52,189 bases of DNA from positions 1-52,189 of the IMG/VR virus record IMGVR_UViG_3300040960_002552, one strand, 5' to 3'. Source of the stretch: a virus. Its lineage: Duplodnaviria; Caudoviricetes. The position numbers and the translations under genes are program-made. Below the pieces are notes generated by a model. That model was not told the origin of the DNA and did not search any database. It saw only the letters and a list, made by a program, of their open reading frames with translations. Below are positions 46,701 through 52,189 of this stretch, piece by piece; position 1 is the stretch's first letter, and the number at the start of each line of letters is the position of its first letter.

Positions 46701-48956
46701 GTTGCGGGAATATCCTGCCAAGTATGTCCTCCCCACCATACCAGGCAAAGCTCTGCCCATAGTGCCGGGACTCAGTTTCTTAGCAATCGCTTCTTTGTAT
46801 GCCTTTGCCTTCGATGCCCCTTTAGCTGCGCTGATTTTTTTCAAAGCAGCGTCGTCAGCTAGTTTAGAGAGAATTTTCTTCTTAGCTATCTCTTTAGATC
46901 CTTTAAGGGCGGGTAACCCCACTTTTGAACCTACTTTTGAACCTACTTTTGAACCTACTTTCCCTATCGTCCCTGCGCCCCTAGTTAAAACGAAATCCAT
47001 AGCAAGCTGACCCACAAGACCCGATGCACCTACAGCGAGGTCGTATCCCATTCCAGGCTTATACCCAAAAGCCTCCATAGCCTCTCTTTGGGCCATAGCT
47101 TTCGCCGCCTCATTTACAGCCCCTTCCTCAGACGCTGTATACAAACCCATCTCTCTAATCTTTTCCGCCAGCTTTGGGGAGACAAACCCTGCGACTTGTT
47201 CCGCGAGCAAAGGCACACTTTGGGCGTAATATGCAGGGGACATGGCAAACTCGTTCAGCATACCACTCTGATAAATGGCCCCCTTATCTACTTTCGCTTC
47301 TTTCAAGAACTCATCGAAAAGATCTCCAAAAGATTTTGTCTCTGTCTCTGGGAAGTAAGTCAGAGCTTCTTCCCTAGACATCTCGCCCGACTTTATCTTC
47401 TCGGATCTTTTCTCCCAAAGTTCTTCTTGGTATTTGTCAAAAGAGTCTAAGTCCAAACTCTCTCCGCGAGACTCCGCGAACTCTTCAAAGTTACGTCCTT
47501 CCTCGTCACGGAGGAAATTAATAGCATTGCGGACCTCATCGGAATACTGAAATGCTGGGTCATTTAATATAATTTTGCGCCTTTCCCGAAGAGTATCTTT
47601 GTCCTCTTCGGATAGCCCAGCATCTTCCACAGACTTCTCAAAAATGTCGGGCCTAAAGATTGTGGCTTTGTGGATAGTTAATTGCCCCGTCAGCGGGTCT
47701 TTCCTTACGTTCCCCGATAAGTCTCCTTCATCTTTGAATGACTCAGGGAGGTCTTGAATAGTCCTTTCGTATATGTAATTGTCAGAAATTAGAGTAAATA
47801 ACTCATCCTCTGGGTCTATGTTAAATCCTAGCCCAGCAGCGTCTGAGTTATTAACAAACCCCGCGAGTGCCGAACGGAACTCCTCTTTAGCTTCTGGATC
47901 ATCTGGCTCCGACGCTGCTCTCCGCAAGCTGGTTAACAAAGGGTTTTTGTTTTTCCCCGTTAAAAGAGACTTCTTGACGTAAGAATCTAGTTCTTGAAGG
48001 CGAACCTGTTTAGCCAAGGAGAGTCCTTGTTCCCCTTCTGCTTTTTCCGTAGCGAGCTTAAAAGCAATCAGGGCTTGATCGGGTCTGATGTGTCCGTTCT
48101 CCAAAGAAAACTTTATAGCTTCTGAGGGACTATTAAAATTTCCCAATGCGGCGGGGGACGCTTCTACGGTTTCCCCAACTTCTTCACCCCCCTCAAAATA
48201 TGGAACCGATGCAAACGGTATTAAGTCAGACCTAACGGCAACTTGATTAAGGTCTTTCTCTCGGACCCCAGACAACAAATCATCAATCCCCTTCTGTCGA
48301 GCTTGTTCTTGGAACTCATTAATGGGGGTGTATTTATTTAAAGCGGCAGCAGTAGCTCTAGTATTTTGTGGGTAATCCTGATTAAAGCTCGCGGCCCCCC
48401 GGTTGGCGAGGGTCTTGATAGTTTTGTCGTCTAAAGCAGAAATTATCTCAAGTCTGTTGCCCGTCGCGTCTGGACTTGGTTCAATCGCAGCGGCTTGAAT
48501 AGCTGCTTGGACTTTTTCTTCAGAAAACTCTGCCCCCTCTGGGACTTCAACCCGAAAGTTACTGGCGAATTGGTTATATGCGTCCTGATACTCCTTCTCA
48601 GTGGCTTCACCTTGATACTCCCCGCGCCCCAGCTTTTGTAGTTTGTCGAAGTTTATGTATCTTAATCTGTCAGAATGCTCTTCAACAACTTTTCTCTCAG
48701 TGTCGTTAAGTCCCTCTGTTATGCTAGAGTCTAGCGAAGGGCGGTCTACCTTCCACACTGCAAAATCAGGGATAGGTTCAACAGCAGTAGGAGCAGGGAA
48801 CTTCTCTGACTTTTTCTCCTCCTCTTCCTCTTCGAGATCAGTATTCGTCGAGGGTTCTAGTTCGGAGTCTTCTGGTAAAGAGCCAGTAAGACCTTCTTTT
48901 TCTAGCTCATCTTCGGACGGCTCAGGCGTGGGGGAGGGGAATTTGGTGTCTGCCAT
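37734..48956 (-). CDS. Giant (3740 aa) polyvalent internal virion/ejection protein
   Basis: Embedded zincin-like EEFAH, ParB-like DGNHRL, MTase DIGGG..NVLNVI, papain-like NCESF..H, and ART-like H..GF..PEQIKS modules. Confidence 0.85.
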   Translation of the reverse strand: MADTKFPSPTPEPSEDELEKEGLTGSLPEDSELEPSTNTDLEEEEEEKKSEKFPAPTAVEPIPDFAVWKVDRPSLDSSITEGLNDTERKVVEEHSDRLRYINFDKLQKLGRGEYQGEATEKEYQDAYNQFASNFRVEVPEGAEFSEEKVQAAIQAAAIEPSPDATGNRLEIISALDDKTIKTLANRGAASFNQDYPQNTRATAAALNKYTPINEFQEQARQKGIDDLLSGVREKDLNQVAVRSDLIPFASVPYFEGGEEVGETVEASPAALGNFNSPSEAIKFSLENGHIRPDQALIAFKLATEKAEGEQGLSLAKQVRLQELDSYVKKSLLTGKNKNPLLTSLRRAASEPDDPEAKEEFRSALAGFVNNSDAAGLGFNIDPEDELFTLISDNYIYERTIQDLPESFKDEGDLSGNVRKDPLTGQLTIHKATIFRPDIFEKSVEDAGLSEEDKDTLRERRKIILNDPAFQYSDEVRNAINFLRDEEGRNFEEFAESRGESLDLDSFDKYQEELWEKRSEKIKSGEMSREEALTYFPETETKSFGDLFDEFLKEAKVDKGAIYQSGMLNEFAMSPAYYAQSVPLLAEQVAGFVSPKLAEKIREMGLYTASEEGAVNEAAKAMAQREAMEAFGYKPGMGYDLAVGASGLVGQLAMDFVLTRGAGTIGKVGSKVGSKVGSKVGLPALKGSKEIAKKKILSKLADDAALKKISAAKGASKAKAYKEAIAKKLSPGTMGRALPGMVGRTYLAGYSRNYGASLLQIQNSPEGQDMTLDQQREFAADAAAFKTGFEAALTAGFAKGGFDVVESSILKGISPKALKKHLSKDFGKIDNKKFSELVGTSIKELEKELGVARGGIPKLLLGAASEGIEEGLPSGASVIFEDFLTSYLDYNELNEDVPLLRIFDKYLEFGKYLASGQVDSELLKEAYETGKGDFIIGAVLGGGVSGLSSAGSGLGSLVAPSKDSREAAMQASQLLYEDISDRLAESGSPLTAEVVANVLTSPARGRDFDGKTRAEVEELIAKGKLTMDDAARMGLAPPTPTPTSTPTPEPVPGTEPTPEAEPTPEAEPTTEAEPTTEAEPTTEAEPVPGTEPTTEAEPPPEATPTAEGEADAPIEIIFEPVEADPEAELNKEIDKALDSDQQAAADPSKLSSPDVTPDPRVEPLSEDQEVDRVVAQVDETTFPESTKTPTDPKVKQQAEAVSDEINRINQAGGRVVFVKDAEEADRVLRKARGGKGIRQSQKAKISKGSSFQANIDGSPVTFVFESKLKNKTTSALRKILKKASRDTQVSKLVGRDSVVLPSNKTTKKLKIKDFDSLTDSEKVSAVLDWLDSNPQNNLDPESDREFITYLRKLSGKAQVTAPPVTANAISSVVSSKVGSPILPPASESPVLNTEQRLGAGRTKRVFSKASIEETAKQFKGEDVEAFKIFMSVLEKALEQLPSTVTLVIGKSRFAAAANRRTGEVTIDPVALFEQFRGNRDIDFSNSSHQKYVSASLQRVVVEEFAHIASFNSIPQSLFDDVVNGMADSDYEYVISTYFKFDKKGAAKARSDLKSNNPQIVKRQKEYLVEEFLRQQYQDKEAGFTTEDSYLLLKGDKRKPIRDLVIAYLKGMYRRITKKTKNGRFLSGPERAAVARITDEINMLRMDFKTPLPYGYTFDDSPQGAAADIEALSQMFPPQEPDAVGAPAITPEQDADYLAAVESGDMETAQRMVDDYLLKVKNTLLENRKGGELFPYKGNDYVIQAEYAGQQSAFKIISQEAVEKETIPHKDLKSFQNPLAVDREVVSKADISKPIIIGDTGTSYFVLDGNHRLTKAMLDGADIEAYVLSEEQTDRIRVNHKDQPNYTEAEETQTPTTLDAPVTRDADGNVIPLSQRFDEREDSILRAPAFASEQDSENIWAYPEQLYDSADTSINEKKRPAGYNTLKKQGKIKSGELIVDIGGGRFDNLVKDAAEQGALVEVYDPFNRTPEHNARVVDAVKDGQADMAMSHNVLNVIKEDENIIDVIRQAKNAVKIGGEAHFSVYQGSKADRERGARQTSKGWQRFQTTREYLPFVEAVFGKGNVSLKGSIITATKTYTDEKSQVGVLGAPAITPEEVLKKVEQINEESPYLNCESFCNLIVGDKGFKKQFSKTEVEIFSVDEALQEIEVGDILGFGGDKNNIDRHYSVYVGGGEVYEVEQWGSNPRKNTLSDNLEGYEALSTIYSPLNQRFDEREDSILRAPRISDEDARDDAIYMDSVDRNDYEMAEEALERVAARYGVENPELVVRDKDGDILTPAQRFMIPPGVISPQKIARHKELEAKHDAGTITPEETAEAERIVAEAAKAAGFETRTRHATGATFDAFDRGEIPEFDPDTNIRGFHVSNEADSFSSYKYQSSRNKVLNLFVKKGRTVDRVTAQQIVARGEETDRFPSGFDTVVFTEPAGTPTQEQQEAFDQGEPIALANGYFVKKGPPMRMEIQGRMVDVGGGADLYRESDPNSIITGYADLEEAFSFHNEEHLVIRSPEQIKSADPFTGVPIDERFDRDQDSILYSPRFLDDVDGGDDVRATAEFDIRPLLQTLEIPLVHTSKEFGLFRRMISKLTGVDLPSQRDIVGDDGSFWSEFRKGMIDGNFKDERFRNMIIGNERFVPVVGSLLNRLHTEMMGILKSKKYKGDLPADIREAFNTAIGTEDIVIDRKAKMDVDDQHEADIELINSDDPNSYRQMTPEEADALIQEAREDNPTATDREIGVIAGNLYREKLHEEANNKRKEATDKLLQEAAREHKIKVAKALKELEDGGHTKLAQMVVELRQIITDISDYFGKDGADALSKELKLAFDVTKGFYLSRRYRFFNDPTYKSNLILLLQGEEVKGDEQKVAELEGRIETAIPEFLVIARSEVEKNLLKAKLRAAEISGELVTQDQIQAIRQSQEFKREVDQELGDEDTAAKNAMIKYLASFGDARDYENASSGAKVIHDALKKKKDLLPGIRGLLGQYDSDEDAISGIRVMLQTIQTQTHMLASIMKLKNLVDLDNRLRKDAEAAGEEYNPFILSDDEYRNLNALDRKKFDMLEGNVPASNPLKEKYVRKDIKAALEKTKTPIDMSRADETAKGFARAVSAIGFLNGLTLMGVTTFSGLAFHFRNSLSTVFRAVRAGAFLKPVFTTKLMVRAIAEAAVSLPGVSEKYRYVPDWINRLARGERVSLESLMTEHAKLEGLSVVNQSVRAATYKDLFGLRKPDPSFIADMDKLESLNPASRAFRKLSKKILDYSLKLTNASDNAFRIALFYNNVDLLKKARAKKGEGSFRGVPISEMSDYDIEKEAARMMNKITPGEDYLVQAGKTLAESPLRVVVAPFARFKFETGRTFVNYHTEVLELLKSSNPVMRTEGVKRLAGVIAMYGVSFGPASYLLSKLIGGLDQEEQDALDEGNPSFYKRAQMVRFLNRETGEITDYNFTFMDEMSFFGDPFSYGVQQIRQDRLGAMGAVSGFLGAIAFGEILDQQILSEVYHEAVHTNRDAYGEKIVEETDRGSDRIEKPILYSLKRLAPAFVRGTIEGKQAYDSAQGTESEKMEAAAKALFDRAVRPTKPFTRSVAERHSAILKKYNVFKRNASSHKSDVMTQYIKVGRQERKPTDEEVREAANAYYEGLIQVYDLTDNVTKQFFKMGMSPEEIAVALSSTGLMKKTDIRNYLRGSTRSQLVTRTFSLPLPTSGKDGDEGKLRTFDDVSDANRRYRFMLEARRKYTTKGFEDGTYVPGTYNYKDEE
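42294..42336. repeat. 43-bp exact direct repeat (other copy 43299-43341)
   Basis: Encodes QRFDEREDSILRAP. Confidence 0.9.
42675..42700. repeat. 26-bp exact direct repeat (other copy 43887-43912)
   Basis: Encodes GAPAITPE. Confidence 0.9.
45640..45850 (-). repeat. 18-bp coding repeats (EPTTEA / EPTPEA linker)
   Basis: Pro/Thr/Glu-rich linker in the giant protein. Confidence 0.85.
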
Positions 48957-49034
48957 GACAACGTATGTAAGTAGTATCCGCTAACACTACACTACGCTGC
49001 CTCTTTCTGCAATGGCAGTTAACTGAAAAATTGT

Positions 49035-50135
49035 TTACTTCCCATCAAATCCTTCACCACCAAAAAGGTTTTCGGGTGTTGGCTCTTTAGGCTTCTCTGG
49101 GAGGGGTAATATGCCTTCGCCAGGAACAAACTGTTTGAAGAATTTTTTGTTTGCTCGGGACTTTCTTTTAATCTCCGCCACCTTTTTAGTAGCCGTATCA
49201 AACAAGTCGCTGAGTTCCTTGGGGGTCATGTTGTCTGGATCATCCTTGAACAACTTATCCGCTTCTTCGGCTCCAAACAATGTAAAGTAAGCGTTCCTAG
49301 CGGCTCGATATATTTGTTGGTTGGAACTTCTAGTGGAACCTCCCGAATCTGTGTCACGATCCCAATCAAACATATTTTCCCCTTGTGGAGGTTTCCCTTG
49401 TTTATCTTCGGTAACCGTCTTTGGACCCTTATCTTCGGATTCTGGAGAAGTTGAGCTAGGCGTAATTTTAGAAAGTGCCGCCAAAGCAGTGGTTGCCGTT
49501 TTCGTCAAATCGGTAAAGTCCGATTTAAGCCCCTCCGCCGCGCTTGGTTTCTTACCTGCTAGGAGCGAACGTAGCTCGTTCTTCTTTGTTGGGTCTGAGA
49601 TTTTGCGAATAGCTTTTCTAGCTTGGTTAAGTCTCCCTCTCTCGATTAGGAGTTTTACCATCGACTCCGTTTCAGAATCTTGAGCTTCTCGCTGCGCTTG
49701 AGTTTCTTCTTTAGCTTCATCAATATCTTGTTGGCCCATAGAGAGGGTCGCTTTGATTGTTGGGTCTTGGCGGTCCGCAATAGACAAACTAGATTCCAAC
49801 TTATTAAAAGCAGCTTGTCTTTCTACGGGGTCTTCTATCTGTAGAATTGTATCTACCTCACCTACAACCCCATCGACTTTTTTTTGGGCGGCTAATTCTA
49901 ATTCTGCCTCTCTCGCTGCCTTTTCTCTACGCTCTTTTTCTGCCTCTATGAGTTGCCGCGCTCTCTCGGCTTTCATTTTTCTTTCCTCGGTTTCCTTAAT
50001 TGACTCTCTGACGGGGTTTATAGACTTAGTATAATAGTCCGAAAACCTCCGCTGGCTTTCAGAACCGCCGACACCTGGGCCGAAGTAACTTCCTTTTAAG
50101 GGGCCAATATTCTGATTGTAAAAATCGTCTGCCAT
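49035..50135 (-). CDS. Putative internal virion protein
   Basis: ATG at 50135 (MADDFY); helical and charged; upstream of the giant protein. Confidence 0.65.
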   Translation of the reverse strand: MADDFYNQNIGPLKGSYFGPGVGGSESQRRFSDYYTKSINPVRESIKETEERKMKAERARQLIEAEKERREKAAREAELELAAQKKVDGVVGEVDTILQIEDPVERQAAFNKLESSLSIADRQDPTIKATLSMGQQDIDEAKEETQAQREAQDSETESMVKLLIERGRLNQARKAIRKISDPTKKNELRSLLAGKKPSAAEGLKSDFTDLTKTATTALAALSKITPSSTSPESEDKGPKTVTEDKQGKPPQGENMFDWDRDTDSGGSTRSSNQQIYRAARNAYFTLFGAEEADKLFKDDPDNMTPKELSDLFDTATKKVAEIKRKSRANKKFFKQFVPGEGILPLPEKPKEPTPENLFGGEGFDGK

Positions 50136-50157
50136 AATAATTGCTAATTTAATGTAA

Positions 50158-51555
50158 TTAGTCGTTGACACCTTCAGTTCCAAAACCAGTAATATAGTTG
50201 CCGCCATTTCTTATGATGGTGGGCTTTGTTGATTTTGCAGGGAATCTTCTTGCTTCGACTGCGAAGTCAATATCTGCCCCAGGTATGTCACGCTCTGGGA
50301 TAGGCGATCCTGTCCGCTTTGCTTCAGCGACCGCTTCTTGATATTCCGCTTCAAGCCTATCAAATAGTCTAGGATCATCGTAGCGCATCTTATCGAGCAT
50401 GTCTTCGCCAAACTTCCTTTTCGCAGCTTCGGGAGACATGCGCCCTTCGGCTACCATTTTACTGTATCTGTCTATGATTCGTGAGTCAGGAGCAATTTTC
50501 TTGGCCCCCTTAGATAGCGCAGTATAGGTTCCGGGGGCTACCCCTACCTCTTTGTCTGCTTGCATCTGGTAGAGTTCGGCTAGTCCCCCATCTCCTTTCA
50601 CTCCAGTAAACCCTTGCGCCCTTAAATTTGCTGCTTTTTCAGCGTATTCTTCACGACTGATTTTGGGCCTTCCGTCATCATACTCCCCTATGTCGGGTTC
50701 TTGGTATGGTTTACTCCCCGCAGCAGCGGCCTTCTTCCCAGCGGCTCTTACTCTTCGCAGTGCCTCCGCTTTAGCAAATGCGGGTTCATTTATAAATCGG
50801 TCTACCCGCGCACGGGGAACCCCAGCCGCGTATGCTTGGCTAGACGCCTTTGCAATGGCTTCTGCCCTGTCACTTCCTGGACTCATCTTCATCGCTTCCA
50901 TCAAAGCCGTAGCAGCCTCCTGCCTAGCCTCCACATCTTCATTAAATCTAGGGACTGATGCTTTGTATTCTTCTCTCTCTATAAAACGATTTAGAACTGA
51001 CTCAGGCACTCCCGCATCCTTAGCTTGTTTTTTAGCGGCTTCACCGACTTCACCTAAATAATCAGGATCTATCGTGATTGCGGCTCGTAGTTTTTTGGCG
51101 GCCTCCTGTCGCGCTCGCAGTTCTTCCTCATTCTTCGGGGGGCTATATGACACGGGTTCTCGGCTTGTGGGCTTACTTGGGGCTGTAGGGGTAGCCGCAG
51201 GTGCTGTAGGGGTAGCCGCAGGTGCTGTAGGGGTAGCCGCAGGTGCTGTAGGCGTAGCCGCAGGTGCTGTAGGTTTAGCCGCAGGTGCTGTAGGATTAGA
51301 CACAAGTTTAGACACAAGTTTAGACACAGGGGTAACCTCTGGGATTGAAATACCCCTACTCCTTAGCATCTTGTCCACATTGAAATTAGGCGTTTTTGCT
51401 GATACAGGATCAGCCGCAGTAGGAGCATTAGGAGCCTCAGATTTTTTTCCGGCCAAGGCTCTCCCAACAGATTGTAATACTCCCTTTCGATCCTCGGAAG
51501 ACCCCTTATCCTTTTTACTGCCGAATTGCCCTCGTTTTCTCTTGCGTTGTCTCAT
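50158..51555 (-). CDS. Putative internal virion protein with APAATPT repeats
   Basis: Basic N-terminus, 21-bp repeats at about 51180-51295, Ala-rich helices. Confidence 0.65.
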   Translation of the reverse strand: MRQRKRKRGQFGSKKDKGSSEDRKGVLQSVGRALAGKKSEAPNAPTAADPVSAKTPNFNVDKMLRSRGISIPEVTPVSKLVSKLVSNPTAPAAKPTAPAATPTAPAATPTAPAATPTAPAATPTAPSKPTSREPVSYSPPKNEEELRARQEAAKKLRAAITIDPDYLGEVGEAAKKQAKDAGVPESVLNRFIEREEYKASVPRFNEDVEARQEAATALMEAMKMSPGSDRAEAIAKASSQAYAAGVPRARVDRFINEPAFAKAEALRRVRAAGKKAAAAGSKPYQEPDIGEYDDGRPKISREEYAEKAANLRAQGFTGVKGDGGLAELYQMQADKEVGVAPGTYTALSKGAKKIAPDSRIIDRYSKMVAEGRMSPEAAKRKFGEDMLDKMRYDDPRLFDRLEAEYQEAVAEAKRTGSPIPERDIPGADIDFAVEARRFPAKSTKPTIIRNGGNYITGFGTEGVND

Positions 51556-51576
51556 TGTAAGTTCCTAATAAAAATA

Positions 51577-52170
51577 TTAACGACTCTTTTGTTTTTTCTT
51601 CCTAACGCTATTTAAAACGTCCCTCTTATTGCCCAACATACTGGGTCGTTCAGACCCTACTTTACGACCATACCCTGCACCTGGGTTAGAATTGGGGTTT
51701 GCTGTATTCCCTCTGTTCCCACCAATCGGTTTACCATACCCAGCACCTGGGCTAGAATTGGGGTTCGCAGTTGGAGGCTTAACTCCTGCGGGGCTAGGAG
51801 GGGTAGAGGTTGGTGGTTTGACCAAGGCAGGACTAGGTGGAGTCTCGGTGAACGCAGGGCTAGGAGTAGGCTTACTCCCCAACATACTGGGCCGTTCTGT
51901 TCCAACAGGGCGACCATACCCCGCACCCGCTGAAGCGTTAGGGTTCGCTGTATTCCCTCTGTTCCCACCAATCGGTTTACCATACCCTGCACCAGGCTTA
52001 GAGTTAGGGTTCGCTGTATTTCCTCTGTTTCCACCAAGGGGCTTACCATACCCTGCACCAGGCTTAGAGTTAGGGTTCGCAGTTGGAGACTTAACACCTG
52101 TGGGGCGAGGGGGAGTGTCCGTGTTCATCCCGCCTTGGGGGTTACGCCTACCTTTTCTTCCTTTTCTCAT
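51577..52170 (-). CDS. Basic disordered repeat protein
   Basis: Five TANPN..(P/A)GAGYG units; basic termini. Confidence 0.65.
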   Translation of the reverse strand: MRKGRKGRRNPQGGMNTDTPPRPTGVKSPTANPNSKPGAGYGKPLGGNRGNTANPNSKPGAGYGKPIGGNRGNTANPNASAGAGYGRPVGTERPSMLGSKPTPSPAFTETPPSPALVKPPTSTPPSPAGVKPPTANPNSSPGAGYGKPIGGNRGNTANPNSNPGAGYGRKVGSERPSMLGNKRDVLNSVRKKKQKSR

Positions 52171-52189
52171 GTCGTCTACCAGAGGTGTT

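Overview
This window is most of a tailed dsDNA phage genome with a podovirus-like layout. No terminase large subunit, RNA polymerase, integrase, tRNA or CRISPR array was recognised. A + strand replication block (1-10195) holds DUF3310, a RuvC-like resolvase, an SF2 helicase, a split Cas4/DUF2800-like nuclease, an SSB-like protein, a family A DNA polymerase and a primase-helicase. A mostly - strand late block (10192-28004) holds EndoVII, an amidase, spanins, a holin, tail/virion genes, major capsid, scaffold and portal. A non-coding strand switch follows at about 28.0-28.8 kb. A + strand early block (28826-37550) is built from repeat-bounded small genes, including ArdC. A - strand block of probable ejection proteins includes a 3740-aa polyvalent protein. 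The standout candidate system is at 13.4-19.2 kb. There, four independently encoded poly-serine tracts (two in virion-region proteins, two forming near-pure Ser/Gly micro-proteins) are interleaved with a Cys-rich GT9 glycosyltransferase, a sulfotransferase and a methyltransferase, suggesting phage-encoded glycosylation, sulfation and methylation of serine-rich virion proteins. Other notable signals: an in-frame amber codon just after the longest Ser tract, a nuclease split by a 1.7 kb insertion, a repeat-bounded early gene array, and repeat-bounded enzyme modules inside the giant protein. All product calls come from motif recognition by eye, not database searches.
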